A stretch of 64,000 bases of DNA from Heptranchias perlo (Eukaryota), in the NCBI RefSeq assembly GCF_035084215.1, contig NC_090328.1:17236001-17300000 (forward strand), in the 5' to 3' direction. Under the pieces are notes generated by a model. That model was given only the letters and a program-made list of their open reading frames with translations, was not told the DNA's origin and ran no database searches. Each line of letters begins with the position of its first letter. Position 1 is the first letter of the stretch. The position numbers were made by a program, and so were the translations under genes. This document shows positions 36,590 to 50,545 of the stretch, one piece after another.

Positions 36590-38194
36590 AATGGCCCAGA
36601 ATTTACTGTGAAAATAACAGTGAGGCTAACAGCAGTCACTGCTTTTTATTCGCAAATCGGACAGCAACTTCAGGCGAGCGCACATGCGCCATTAAACGCA
36701 GGAATCCGTAAGTTGCTGTCTGCTGTCAACTTCACGAAAATGGCATCTCGCCGTCTGACTCACCATTCAAATATATTGAATGGCATGAGGTTCCTGTACT
36801 TGTGTACTCGCCACAAAAAGTTAGGGCTTATCTATTCCTGTCTAAGTGCCCTTTTAATGGTATGGTAAGTTTTAATTACTGCCAAACAACCTCTCTGGCA
36901 CTGAAAATTAACCTTTACAAGTGTGGAGTCTCATTCCTTCAGCTTTTAATTATTGTTGGAGCTTTAAAGAAAATTTTAAAAACTTTTTTTACTTTTTCTT
37001 TCTGACTCTCTTTTCTCTCTCTCTTAATCCAGTCTTTCTTTCCCTCTCTTTATTTCGCTTTCTGTACCTGATTTGACATTGAATTCACTATTCTAATTTA
37101 CACTTCCTGATTCAAACTCTGTGCTGTTATTAATGATTCTTCAATCTGATTTGTTAAGGAGATACACAGTTGCTTCATGCTATCATAGTAGGTACAGCAC
37201 AAGAGGAGGCCATTCGGTCCATCGTGCCTGTGCCGGCTCTTTGGAAGAGATATCCAATTAGTTCCAGTCCCTTGCTCTTTCCATGTGGGCGTCGCTGGCA
37301 AGGCCAGCATTTATTGCCCATCCCTAATTGCCCTTGAGAAGGTGGTGGTGAGCCGCCTTCTTGAACCGCTGCAGTCCGTGTGGTGAAAGTTTTCCCACAG
37401 TGCTGTTAGGTAGGGAGTTCAGGATGTTGACCCAGCGACAATGAAGGAACGGCGATATATTTCCAAGTCGGGATGGTGTGTGACTTGGAGGGGAATGTGC
37501 AGGTGGTGGTGTTCCCATGTGCCTGCTGCCCTTGTCCTTCTAGGTGATAGAGGTCGCGGGTTTGGGAGGTGCTGTCGAAGAAGCCTTGGCGAGTTGCTGC
37601 AGTGCATCCTGTGGATGGTACACACTGCAGCCACGGTGCGTTGGTGGTGAAGGGAGTGAATGTTTAGGGTGGTGGATGGGGTGCCAATCAAGCAGGCTTC
37701 TTTGTCCTGGATGGTGTCGAGCTTCTTGAGTGTTGATGGAGCTGCACTCGTCCAGCAAATGGAGAGTATTCCATCACACTCCTGACCTGTGCCTTGTAGA
37801 TGATGGAAATGCTTTGGAGAGTCAGGAGGTGAGTCACTCGCCGCAGAATACCCAGCCTCTGACCTGCTCTTGTAGCCACAGTATTTGTGTGGCTTTTCCC
37901 TTCAAGTATTGATCTAATTCCCTTTTGTCTGTTAACGGCAATACCATTGATGTACCTGAAGTGCCCATTTGTAAATTGAAGCAAAGTTGAGCAGGCTCTT
38001 TGACACTGAAGGCATTTGTGTGGATAACAAGCTAATATCAGAAGTGGGACCTAGATGCCCTGTAGATGCGCTTTTTGGATGTCCCGCTGACAGCAACTTG
38101 CCGTGCAAAACCCCTAGAAAATCTATGGGCAAATGCGAGTCTAATAAACGGTAGGCGCCGTTTGTTCGCCACTCACAGTAAATTCTGGCCCATT
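36590..38194. mobile_element. Non-autonomous DNA transposon with nested CR1 tail and family B LINE fragment
   Basis: TIRs AATGGCCCAGAATTTACTGTG / CACAGTAAATTCTGGCCCATT (20/21). Confidence 0.72.
37282..37892 (-). mobile_element. Family B LINE 3' portion
   Basis: Reverse complement of 49920-50530. Confidence 0.9.
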
Positions 38195-39167
38195 AACTTT
38201 TTTATATTATTTTTTATTTATTCTAACTTTTACTGGGCCTTACTTATTACCTGCAAAGGTTCTGTGGCTAAATTCAGACCGAAATAGATACAGTTTTCAG
38301 TCAGCCATGTCTCATGATTTAAAGACTGACCCTATCACAAAGATAAATGCAGATGAGAGACTCTATCTGACCATCAGATTCATGTCTGTCCCTTGAAACC
38401 CAAGGTTCCCACCTCATCACCGCATATAACTGCTTCAAGAATGATCCATTGATCTCACTGAAGTGACTGTGATGCTGGTTTTTGCAGTGATGTTGGGCAC
38501 TTAATGCCAACTTAATAAGACAACTCGCTGGCTACTCAGTGGAGCAGGCACCACTGAAATAAATTCAAATGTTGGGATTAAACACCATTTATTAACATTT
38601 CGCTCAGATAACAGTCACTATGCTTCAGAAAGTAATTTATTTTGTGTAAAATTACTTTGAGATGTTTTAACATGAAAGACATTATATAAATGCAAATATT
38701 ACTATTATATCACAGCTTACAGTTGTCCTATAATGCTGCATACTATTGAGTACACCTATCATTATACTATGCTGAAGAAGGTACATATCCAGCATTCATT
38801 CTTCATTATTTTATATATATTTATATATTTTACTATGATAATTATAAAAGTATTAAAGCCACATCATTTTGATGATTGTTTTTAGTAGAGTTTTAATCAT
38901 TTGTTTCACAAATGTATGATGTAATCACAAAAATACTCCCCAAATTTTACATTCCTTTTGCATGGGCTTTGTGAAAAAATTGATGCAAAGCCCTTTTGGC
39001 TCTTCTTCCTTAAACAACTAAAAACAGGCTTGACAAACACTTTTTATGAAGACATTGCCCCTTTTATAACCGATTATTAGAGGCTATTAGCATTGGTATC
39101 GTGCCACCTGTTAACAGAACTCGGTCATGACTAAGGTCTGGATATGATTTTTCTATCCTGTTATTGG

Positions 39168-39634
39168 AAAGAAAGAAAGACTTGCATTTATATATTGCCT
39201 TTCATGACCTCAGGATGTCCCAAAGTGCTTTACAGCCAAAGAAGTACTATTGAAGCGCAGTCACTGTTGTAATGTAGGAAATGCAGCTGACTATTTGTAC
39301 ACAGCAAAGTCCCACAAACAGCAATGTGATCATGACCAGATCATCTGTTTCAGTGATGTTGGTTGAGGGATAAATATTGGCCAGGATACCAGGGAAAATT
39401 CCACTGCACTTCTTTGAAATAGTGCCATGGGATCTTCTACATCTAACTGAGAGGGCAGGTGGGACCTTGGTTTAACGTCTCATCTGAAAGACAGAACATT
39501 CGACAGTGCAACACTTCCTTAGTACTACGCTGAAGTGTCAGCCTAGATTTTGTGCTCAAGTCTCTGGAGTGGGACTTAAACCCACAGCCTTCTGACTCAG
39601 AGGCGAGAGTGCTACCACTGAGCCACAGCTGACA
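39168..39634 (-). mobile_element. Full-length Deu-domain SINE
   Basis: tRNA-like head (minus: TGGCTCAGTGG...GGTTTAAGTCC), Deu core, tail. Confidence 0.87.
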
Positions 39635-41844
39635 ATTAGATAAGTACACAGACTGTCAATCTTCAAGGGAGCTGTATATGAGCATTTTATATTGAAACAA
39701 GGTGAATTCATTGAACTATAAACAAAAGGAATTATATTTGTAATTTTCTATCTTATGACAGTTTATATAAATATACAAATTAATAATTGTCCACTTAATT
39801 TCTTTATTCTGTATTTGGATGTCCTATAATTGGTACTTTTTTGCTGTATTTGTCTGGGTTTTTGCCCTTAGTACCCCAAATGAACCCATTAAATGCTAGT
39901 TATCATATTTGTTGTGTTAACTGCACTTGGAGTGAAATTGCATTGAATGATATTAATAACTAAGTTGATATGAAATTCCTTTCTCTGGTATTTCAAAAGA
40001 GGCATAAATAAATGTTTTTAAAAAATGGGTTAAACCATTGTTAAAATAGAAATTTTGCACAAATGTGTTCAGTACTAAAGAAAGAACTTGAACTTGCCTC
40101 AAAATTTTTCTAGCACTCTCATCTTCCAACCCCACGTGGGCCCCACTTCAACCCCTTTTGGCCTGAGCAGAAGCAATTTAGACTGAGATGATTAAATCCT
40201 TCAAGAAGGAGTTGTATCATAATTTGAAGACAAAATGGCGGCAATCTTGTTCTCAGAAAGAGCATTTATATAACGCCTTTCACGGCCTCAGGACATCCCA
40301 AAACATTTTACAGCGATTGAGGTACTTTTAAAGTGCATTCACTGTTGTAATGCAGGAAATGCGGCAGCCAATTTGAGCACAACAAGATCCCACAAAGAGC
40401 AATTAAATAAATAAGCAGATAATCTGTTTTTGGTGGTTTTGGTTGAGGATAAATATTAGCCGATGCATTGCAGATTGTTTCCAGTGATCACAGAAATTAC
40501 TCCGATGGGACAATAAAATTTACAACAGGAAATGACCATGATGACAAGTGACCTTTCTGCCCATCCCTAGTTAAAATTCAGATTTAGCTGCCCTTCAAAT
40601 ATATAACGAAAAATAAATGAAGACACAAACTTTACACTTAATACTTGCTGTAGGTCAGAAAGTCGGGGCAATGAAAGAAATATTGAGACCTTTGGAAAGA
40701 GAACATTTTAACCATGAGTTTAGTCAGAAATACTTAATGTGGATTAATATACATATTACATTTAAACAAATTATTTCTTATGCTGATCCAATCAATGCCC
40801 TTATAAAATTGTACAGGCACAGTATTGTACGGGTACTATATCATTGTATATCACAGGGACTGCTCTGACCTTTAGAACGGCAATGCAGCAAATTTCATGG
40901 GAAATTACTACATTTGTTAAGAGATACTGCAGTGGTTCATAATGAATGTTCATAACACCAGCCCGAGGAAAAAAATGGGTTGGTATTTTAAAGGACAGTT
41001 TTGAAGCAACTAAAATGTGTCTTCCTCACAGAGCATGCAACCACATTACCTTGATGAAGCAGAAAATTATTTAATTTGTAATTACCATTCAGGAATATGG
41101 TACTGTAATGCTTATGGTACAGGAGTAACAGCCTAAAGGTTAACAGTTCAAATCCCAAATTGTGCAATAAAATTCAATAATCATGAGTTGAAGAATGACT
41201 GTGGTAGCTTTTTTCTACAGAAGCCCAACTGGTTCAGGGAAGGATCACCACCATTCCTGCCTGATCTAGCCTACAAAATAGTGATTGACTCTTAAAGGTC
41301 TCTGACTGTTTTACACCCAAGTAAAACAAACAATCACTTCAAGAAAAAGGACCACCACCATCTTCTCGGGGGCAACGAGGGGTGGGCTTGCCAGCAACAC
41401 CCACATCCTGAAATCAAATTTTAAAAATTGAATTTGGTTCAGATGGTTGACACTAATAATTTTTCATGGGAGAAGAAAATGTTTTTATGATAACTTCGAA
41501 AACAAATTTATGCGTCCAAGTTTGTATTTACTGATTTAATAAGAGGTGAAGATTCTACAGTCTATTACATGCTTTTTCTTTGTTGCTGTTACTAATGTGC
41601 TGCCACCGTTTGGAGAATCTCTTTATCACCCTTTCTGTTTGTTCTACATAGGACCACACCAACCACAGTAGAGGTAAAGCAGCTATGGCTATGTGAGTTC
41701 TCATCAATCATACTGGATATTCACTGCTGTACAAGGAAGAGCCTATCGGTCTCTACCTTTGTGACAAGAGGTGATAGGTACAGGATGAGGAAGAGAAATG
41801 AACAGACATGCTTGATTCTACCTTCAAGAAAATGGTGCTTTTAT

Positions 41845-42310
41845 AAAGAAAGAAAGACTTGCATTTATATAGCACCTTTCACAACCTCACGGCATCCCAA
41901 AGTGCTTTGCAGCCAATTAAGTATTTTTGAAGTGTAGTCACTGTTGTAATGTAGCAAACACATCAGCCAATTTGTGCACAGCAAGGTCCCACAAACAGTG
42001 ATGTGATAACGACCAGATAATCTGTTTTAGTGATGTTGGTTGAGGGATAAATATTGTCCAGGACACTGGGGAGAACAGAATGTAGAGTGGAGATACGCTA
42101 ACTTCAGTTTGTAGTACAAGTTTGGTTCAATGGTAGCACAGCTCCACGGTGCTAATCGAAGATCGGGCCAACTGGTTATTTATCTCATTTGCTGTTTGTG
42201 GGACCTTGCTTTCATAACAATAGTGACTACGCTTCAAATTCATTAGTTATGAAGTGCTTAGGGACGTCCTGAGGATTTGAAAGGCATTATATAAATGCTA
42301 GTTCTTTTTC
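41845..42310. mobile_element. Two Deu-domain SINE 3' fragments in opposite orientations
   Basis: 41845-42075 (-) and 42170-42310 (+) match the SINE tail; further partial copies at about 36320-36555, 40255-40460 and 49025-49400. Confidence 0.75.
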
Positions 42311-42984
42311 AATGCAGGAAAGCATGCAGGACCTACGTTTGACCTTGTACAGTGACATAGAGTGGTGGAGATTAGCAAGCAGGATTTGAAAAGCTCTTTA
42401 ACAGACCTGTATAGTGTTTTGGATTTCCAGTTGGCAAGAATTTAGTCCACTATAGAGGATTCATGAAACTAATGTGGGTACAGCATTGCTGTTCGCTGTC
42501 CAGGTTAAGTAACCTGTATATAGACTGACTTATAACCTTCTCTTCTTATTGGTTTTATAGCCTAGATGCTTAAGCACAATCTGCACCACATCGCTGTTTG
42601 GCTGACACAGATTGGAATATATTCTGCTTGGCAGACATTAGGAGTGATTTTAGGATGTCATCCAGAGTGGTTTCAGCCAAAATATATGACCACCTGGCTG
42701 TGTGCGACATCCCATATACTTGAGTTGGAACCTCTGAGACAGAGGCGTAGTATCTAATGAGCATGAACATGGTGTTAATTTTAAATTTAAATGACAGCTC
42801 GTTGGAAGCTATCACCGAAGACATACTGCTCTACAATCAGCATACCAGCACATTGATGCATTTGTATGAGATTCCTCAGGCTACTATTTTAACAAGGGCA
42901 TTAACACATTCAAAGTAAATAGGTTCAGGCCTCCATTAAAGTAGTGGGCCAGAGGAATTTCACACTAATGAGCTCATATAAAAG

Positions 42985-43405
42985 ACTCAACAGGCTGCGG
43001 CTCTTTTCTCTAGAAAAGAGAAGGTTGAGGGGTGATCTGATCGAGGTCTTTAGAATTATGAAGTGATTTGATAGGGCAGGCGTAGAGAAGATACTGTGGG
43101 AGTATCCAAAAATAGGGATCATAAATATAAGATAATCACCAATAAATCCGATAAGGAATTCAGGAGAAACTTCTTTACGCAGAGAGTGATTAGAATGTGG
43201 AACTTGCTACCACATGGAGTAGTTGAGGCGAATAGCATAGATGCATTTAAAGGGAAGCTACATAAGTACATGAGGGAGAAAGGAATAGAAGGATATGCAG
43301 ATAGGGTTAGATGAAGTATGGAGGGAGGAGGCTCGTACAGAGCATAAACATCGACATAGACCAGTTGAGCTGATTGGCCTGTTTGTGGACTGTAAATTCT
43401 ATGTA
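42985..43405 (+). mobile_element. CR1 3' fragment
   Basis: ORF 43096..43314 EFRRNFFTQRVIRMWNLLP; TTCTATGT-type tail. Confidence 0.9.
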
Positions 43406-43997
43406 AAATCTATGTAAAATGTTAACATCACATAGCACAATTTCACCCTGATCAACTCGAGAGAATTTCAACACAACAATTTCTCAAATAAATATCAAAA
43501 ACACTGGCAATGCACAGGAGGCCAATTAATACTGTAAAGAAAGTTCAGGACCCTTCTCGACTAATAGATTTCTCGGTTACTTTGGTCATAGACGCACGAT
43601 GATAATTGTTTTAATTGATGTTTTTAATCAACATACGCTCTTCCTTTTGAAAAGCTGCCGCAAAGAATGCAAAGTAGCAGTGTTTAACAGAAGTCGTGCT
43701 TTACCACCAGAACTAACATACAGCAGTTCAATATATTACTCCACACCGAACAATCCAGGAAATTGATACTTGATTAGCCTTTTTTGCATTGGCGAGCATA
43801 AATCTTAATGAGCAAAAGCATTTTTTAAATCATATCGAAATATTTATCTAAAAAATCTTTGTGTGGAAATTTCGTACGAGGTTGTTCCAGCTGAATGGCA
43901 GATACACAAATATTATTGTTGTATATTGAAAGTCAGATTCCACAGTTAATAGAGACTTTTGATAACAATAATAAAGAGGATACAACTATCAGGAAAG

Positions 43998-46900
43998 ATA
44001 GAAAATAGGAGCAAGAGTAGGCCATTCGGCCCTTCGGGCCTGCTCCACCATTCAAAATGATCACGGCTGATTGTCTAACTCTGTTCCCTTTAGCATTAAG
44101 AAATATATCTATCTCCTTGAATACATCTAATGACTTGGCCTCCACTGCCTTCTGTGGTAGAGAATTCCACAGGTTCACCACCCTCTGAGTGAAGAAATTT
44201 CTCCTCATCTCTGTTCTAAATGGCATACCCCGTATCCTGAGACTGTGACCCCTGGTTCTGGACTCCCCAGCCATCGGGAACATCCTCCCTGCATCTAGTG
44301 TATAAAGTCCTGTTAGAATTTTATATGTTTCAATGAGATCACCTCTCATTCTTCTAAACTCTAGTGAATATAGGCCTAGTCGACCCAACCTCTCCTCGTA
44401 CGTCAGTCCTGCCATCCCAGGAATCAGTCTGGTAAACCTTCGTTGCACTCCCTCCATGGCAAGCACATCCTTCCTCAGATAAGGAGACCAAAAATGTACA
44501 CAATACTCCAGATGTGGTCTCACCAAGGCCCTGTATAACTGCAGTAAGACATCCTTGCTCCTGTACTCAAATCCTCTTGCAATGAACGCCAACATACCAT
44601 TCGCCTTCCTAATTGCTTGCTGCACCTGAATGCTCGCTTTCAGCGACTGGTGTACAAGGACACCCAGGTCTCGTTGCACTTCCCCTTTTCCCAATCTATC
44701 ACCATTCAGATAATAATCTGCCTTTCTGTTTTTACAACCAAAGTGGATAACTTCACATTTATCCACGTTATATGTATCTGCCATGTTCTTGCCCACTCAC
44801 CCAACTTGTCTAAATCACTTTGGAGCCTCTTTGTATCCTCCTCACAGCTCACATTCCACCCCAGCATTGTGTCATCTGCAAACTTGGAAATGTTAAATTC
44901 CGTTCCCTCATCCAAATCATTGATATATATTGCGAATAGCTGGGGCCCGAGCACTGATCCCTGCGGTACCCCACTAGTCACTGCCTGCCACCCGGAAAAA
45001 GACCCGTTTATTCCTACTCTCTGTTTCTTGTCTGTCAACTAATTTTCAATCCATGCCAATATATTCCCCCCAATCCCATGTGCTTTAATTTTGCACACTA
45101 ACCTCTTGTGTGGGACCTTATCAAAAGCCTTCTGAAAATCCAAGTATACCACATCCACTGGTTCTTCTCTATCTATTCTACTAGTTACATCCTCAAAAAA
45201 CTCCAGCAGATTTGTTCAGCACGATTTCCCTTTCATAAACCCATGCTGACTTTGTCCAATCCCGTTAATGCCTTCCAAGTATTCTGTTATCACATCTTTT
45301 GTAATAGACTCTAGCATTTTCCCCACTACTGATGTTAGGCTAACTGGTCTGTAATTCCCTGTTCTTTCTCTCCCTCCTTTTTTAAATAGTGGGGTTACAT
45401 TTGCCACTCTCCAATCTGTAGGAACTGCTCCAGAGTCTATAGAATTTTGGAAGATGATCACCAATGATCACCACTAATTCAAGGGCCACTTCCTTTAGTA
45501 CTCTGGGATGTAGATTATCAGGCCATGGGGATTTGTCAGCCTTTAGCCCCATTAATTTCCCTAGCACTTTTTTTTTTACTAATACTGGTTTCCTTCAGTT
45601 CCTCCCTCTCACTAGACCCTTGGTACCCTAACATTTCTGGGAGGTTATTTGTGTCCTCCTTTGTGAAGACAGAACCAAAGTATGTGTTTAATTGTTCTGC
45701 CATTTCTTTGTTCTCCATTATAATTTCCCCCATTTCTGACTGTAAGGGACCTACATTTGTCTTCATTAATCTTTTTCTCTTGACATATTTATAGAAGCTT
45801 TTACAGTCAGTTTTTATGTTCCCTGCTAGTTTACTCTCATACTCTATTTTTCCCCTCTTAATCAATCTCTTTGTCCTCCTTTGCTGAATTCTAAACTGCT
45901 CCCAATCCTCAGGCTTGCCGCTTTTTCTGGCAATTTTATATGTCTCCTCTTTGTATCTAATACTATCCCTAATTTCTTTAGTAAGCCACGGTTGAGCCCC
46001 CTTTCCTGTTTTATTTTTGTGCCAGACAGGAATGAATAATTGTTGTAATTCCTGCACACATTCTTTAAGTATTAGCCATTGCCTATCCACCGTCATCCCT
46101 TTTAGTAAAGTTCCCCAATCTATCATAGCGAACTTGCACCTCATACATTCGTAATTTCCTATTTTTAGATTCAGGACCCTAGTTTTGGATTCAATTACTT
46201 CACCCTCCATCTTAATGAGGAAATTCTATCATGTTATGGTCGCTCTTCCCTAAGGGATCCCGCACAACAAGATTGTTAATTAATCTTTTCTCATTGCACA
46301 ATAGCCAGTCTAGGATCGCCTGTTCTCTAGTTGGTTCCTCAATGTATTGGTCTAGAAAACCATCACGTACACACTCCAGGAATTCCTCCCTCACAGTATT
46401 ATTGCTAATTTGGTTTGACCAATCTATATGTAGATTAACGTCACCCATGATTATAGTTGTACCCTTCTTGCATGCATCTCTAATTTCCTGTTTAATGCCC
46501 TCCCCTACATTTCTACTACTGTTTGGGGGCCTATAGACAACCCCCACCAATATTTTCTGCCCCTTGGTGTTTCTTAGCTCCACCCACACAGATTCCACAT
46601 CGTGATTTTCCGAGCCAATATCCTTCCTCACTATTGCATTGATTTCCTCCTTTACTAACAACGCTACCCCATCTCCTTTCCCTTTTTGCCTGTCCTTCCT
46701 AAATATTGAATACCCCTGGATGTTCAGTTCCCATCCTTGGTCACCCTGCAGCCATGTCTCCGTAATCGCAACTATGTCATAACCGTTAATATCTATCTGC
46801 GCTGTTAATTCATCTAGCTTATTGCAAATGCTCCGCGCATTTGGACACAATGCCTTTAGACTTGTCTTTTTAAGATTGCTAATTATCTTAGTTTTATTTT

Positions 46901-47013
46901 GCACTATGGCCCTATTTGTTTTTCGCCCTTGTTTTCTCTGCCTTCCACTATTGTTTCTTCCCTTTCTGTCTTTTGTTTCTATCCTTGTTTCCCCCTCCTC
47001 TGTCTCCCTGCTC
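43998..47013 (-). mobile_element. CR1 LINE with near-complete but frameshifted ORF2 (APE endonuclease plus RT)
   Basis: ORFs 46212..47168 (NARSI..AITETW..GVVYRPP..SDHN), 45536..46210, 45216..45464, 44706..45038 (KFADDT), 43933..44796. Confidence 0.96.
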
Positions 47014-47015
47014 AG

Positions 47016-47428
47016 ATTGAATGGACAAGGGCTCTTTACTCTAGACCTGATAGAGGTCTTTAAAATTATGAAGAGTTTCAATAGGGTAGATGTAGAGAAG
47101 ATGTTTCCACTTGTGGGGGAGTCCACAACTCGGAACCATGAATATAAGATAGTCACTAATAAATTCAATAAGGAAATGAGGAGAAACTCCTTTACTCAGA
47201 GAGTGGTGAGAAGGTGGAATTCACTACCACATGGAATGGTTGAGGCAAATAGCATAGATGCATTTAAGGGGAAGCTAGATATGTACATGAGGGAGAAAGG
47301 AATAGAAGGATATATTGATAGGGTGGGATGAAGTAAGGGTGGGAGAAGGCTCACATGGAGCATAAACACCGACGTAGACCTGTTGGGCCGAATGGCCTGT
47401 TTCTGTGCTACAAAATTCTATGTAATGT
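47016..47428 (+). mobile_element. CR1 3' fragment
   Basis: DLIEVFKIMKSF...RNSFTQRVVRRWNSLP; similar to 42985-43405. Confidence 0.9.
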
Positions 47429-47727
47429 GACGAAATATGAAATGAAGGAAAACTTAAGGCTGATGCACTTGCTTGAAATTTTGCAAGCCTTAAAAGCCAT
47501 GGTACATCTATATAGATATAATCCAGCCTTTCATTTCTATGTACCATTTCTCCAATCCATCCTATCCACTCTGGCCTCTGCATAGTTAGTAATGATTGTT
47601 TCCCACAGATAGCTGTGCATACCGATTTGTAATTACATTTTTTCTCACGTATAGATAGAGCCAATGAAACCCATTTTTGAAAAGAAATTATGTTTACATG
47701 AACAATGCATTTAGAAGGCCTAGAACC

Positions 47728-47884
47728 TTTGCAGCGGAGATCGATATCAGTGACATTGTAGGCTCTTGCTCATGCCACTGATCTCTGTAGTTTATCCTAT
47801 GTTCCTGCCAATCAAAAAGATAGAGCGTAGAGCTGAAGACTGAAGGTCAGTGCCATTAGTGCCCATATCGATCTCCATTGCAAA
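47728..47884. repeat. Inverted-repeat (MITE-like) element
   Basis: TTTGCAGCGGAGATCGATAT / ATATCGATCTCCATTGCAAA (18/20). Confidence 0.55.
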
Positions 47885-48227
47885 AAAAAGGCCAAAATAT
47901 CTTCAAGGTAGGGATTTGTGCGGAAATTCTTTTTCATGAACACTTCCATTTTTTTTAGACCTTACCCCACAAAAATACCATTTTGAGTGATTGCTGCTTT
48001 TAAGAACAGAGTTTGGGATTGGGTTTTTCTTTGGTTTTTCATTCCAAATTTCCTTGATGCTGTATTAAATTTGCTTGAAATTCGCAAAATAATTTTGTTC
48101 ATAGCTATGAATGGAATTGTTGAAAAAAACAGCAACCTCTCTGTACAAGGCAGAAGGGAGGTGGAATTGGCTTGTCCAGGTCTTACATACAAACTTACAT
48201 GACAGAACAAGGTAGATTGAGTGACAC

Positions 48228-48815
48228 AAAAGCAAAATATTGCAGATGCTGGAAATCTGAAATTAAAAAATGAAAGAAAATTTTCTCTCAGACAGCAGGT
48301 GCTGGTAATGGAGGATGGCTGCACCAGAGCCTCTGGGAGTGGAGGAGGCGTGGGCTGGTACTTAGGGTGGGGATCCCCTATCGGTATATGATGGGGTGGT
48401 CCGCACTCCTGGGGCCTACCTGCCTTTCTTTCCCCATATTCTTGAGCCGTTGGAGCCTTCCCTTAGCCAGATTTTTCATGCTTCTCTCTTCCTCTGATAT
48501 TGTGCTGTAACCATTTACACCTCCTCAGGACTCACGTTTTGGTTCTATACTTGTCTCATTATCACTTCCTTTTGCCTTGCATCATCATCACTTTCGTCAT
48601 GTAATCATGCCCTCCACCCTACTACAGACCTTCCCCTTTGTTCATTATCTAACCACCCCTCCCCCTTTTCCGTGGCTCTGCAATTGGTTAGAAGCTGTTC
48701 ATCTTTAACGCCTTGCATTTCCGATGAAAGGTTGTCGAGATGAAACCTTAACTCTGTTTCTCTCTCCACAGATGCTGCCTGATCTTCTGAGTGTTTCCAG
48801 CATTTTCTGTTTTTT
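48228..48815. mobile_element. Degraded Penelope-like remnant (older family) with inverted ends
   Basis: ...CCGATGAAAGGTTGTCGAGATGAAAC...CAGATGCTGCCTGATCTTCTGAGTGTTTCCAGCATTTTCTG at the right end, and a related TGCAGATGCTGGAAATCTGAAAT block in the opposite sense at the left end. Confidence 0.5.
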
Positions 48816-49754
48816 AAGGTAGATCGAGCGGCTTTTATCTTGTTCCTCTTCTTGAAAAAGATATCCTTTTGCACACGGTGTAGCAAAATCATGGATTGTT
48901 TAGAAAGAATAGTTTCACAAATTAGTTTCACTGAACTCAGAAGATCTTACAGCTTAGATTGTTATGAGATTAGTATGTTACAAAAGAACACCTGATATCT
49001 TTACTTTACAGCGCCAATTTGACTTCGTTAGTAGGGCTCTCACCTCCAGAATCAGAACGTTGTGGGTTCAGCCCCATTACAGATTTGAGTACATAATCGC
49101 GGCTGATGCTTCAGTTCAGTACTGAGGGAGTGCTGCATTATTGGAAGTGGCACATTTGTTTGAGATGTTAAACTGAAACCCTAACTGTGTACTTATCCCT
49201 TAGCACTATTCAAAGACGAGCAGTGATTCCTCGCACCGTCCTGGCCAACATTCCTCCCACAACGCCAAAAACAGATTCCCTGGTCATTCACGTATTTCCT
49301 GTTCCTACATATTAAAAGTGACTGAATGTCAAAAGTAATCCATTGGTTGTAAAGCACTTTGGGACATCCTGAGGACATGATAAGGCACTATAATGAATTA
49401 AAGTTTGTTCTCTCTTTCTTCCTTCCTTTCTCATATTCTGAGAATTGCATTTAGGTTTCTGAAACTTCCACATACACTCTCTGTAGAGGCCCACTGTACT
49501 GAATTATTTGCAGTGCGAAATCGTACAGATTCTATGCTGTAATCTGGAACTTTGAGCTAATAAAAGAACATGGCTATCACCTTATGCTTGAGTTAACCTT
49601 CTATTCCTATCATATCCTGCAGCCATAATGAAAAAGACAGAATAAAAGTACAAGAAGTGAAAAACGCTTCCTCATTTATTTCTCAGATTTGTCAGTCTGT
49701 ATGTTGTCATAGGTAGAATGACAATTCACCTTTCGGAAATTGCCTGATGTTCGT

Positions 49755-50545
49755 GAAGTAACATTCGCACCAGACAAGTGCCAGGCAACGACCATCTCCA
49801 ACAAGAGAGCGTCTAACCACCTCCCCTTGACATTCAACGGCATTACCATCGCCAAATCCCCCACCATCAACATCATGGGGGTCATCATTGACCAGAAACT
49901 TAACTGGACCAGCCGTATAAATACTGTGGCTACGAGAGCAGGTCAGAGGCTGGGCATTCTGCGGCGAGTGACTCACCTCCTGACTCCCCAAAGTCTTTCC
50001 ACCACCTACAAGGCATAAGTCAGGAGTGTGATGGAATACTCTCCACTTGCCTGGATGAGTGCAGCTCCAACAACACTCAAGAAGCTCGTCACCATCCAGG
50101 ACAAAGCAGCTCGCTTGATTGGCACCCCATCCACCACCCTAAACATTCACTCCCTTCACCACTGGTGCACTGTGGCTGCAGTGTGTACCATCCACAGGAT
50201 GCACTGCAGCAACTCGCCAAGGCTTCTTCCACGGTACCTCCCAAACCCACGACTTCTACCACCTAGATGGACAAGGGCAGCAGGCACATGGGAACAACAC
50301 CACCTGCACGTTCCCCTCCAAGTCACACGCCATCCCGACTTGGAAATATATCGCCGTTCCTTCATCATCGGTGGGTCAAAATCCTGGAACTCCCTTCCTA
50401 ACAGCACTGTAGGAGAACCTTCACCACACGGACTGCAGCAGTTCAAGAAGACGGCTCACCACCACCTTCTCAAGGGCAATTAGGGATGGGCAATAAATGC
50501 TGGCCTCGTCATCGACGCCCACATCCCATGAACGAATAAAAAAAA
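49755..50545 (+). mobile_element. Family B LINE 3' portion
   Basis: ORFs 49740..50018 and 50028..50483; poly-A end. Confidence 0.92.

Noticed and set aside
46212-47168. 318-aa ORF that looks like a novel endonuclease fusion
   Set aside because: Chance read-through from an antisense CR1 tail into the APE domain of the neighbouring CR1.
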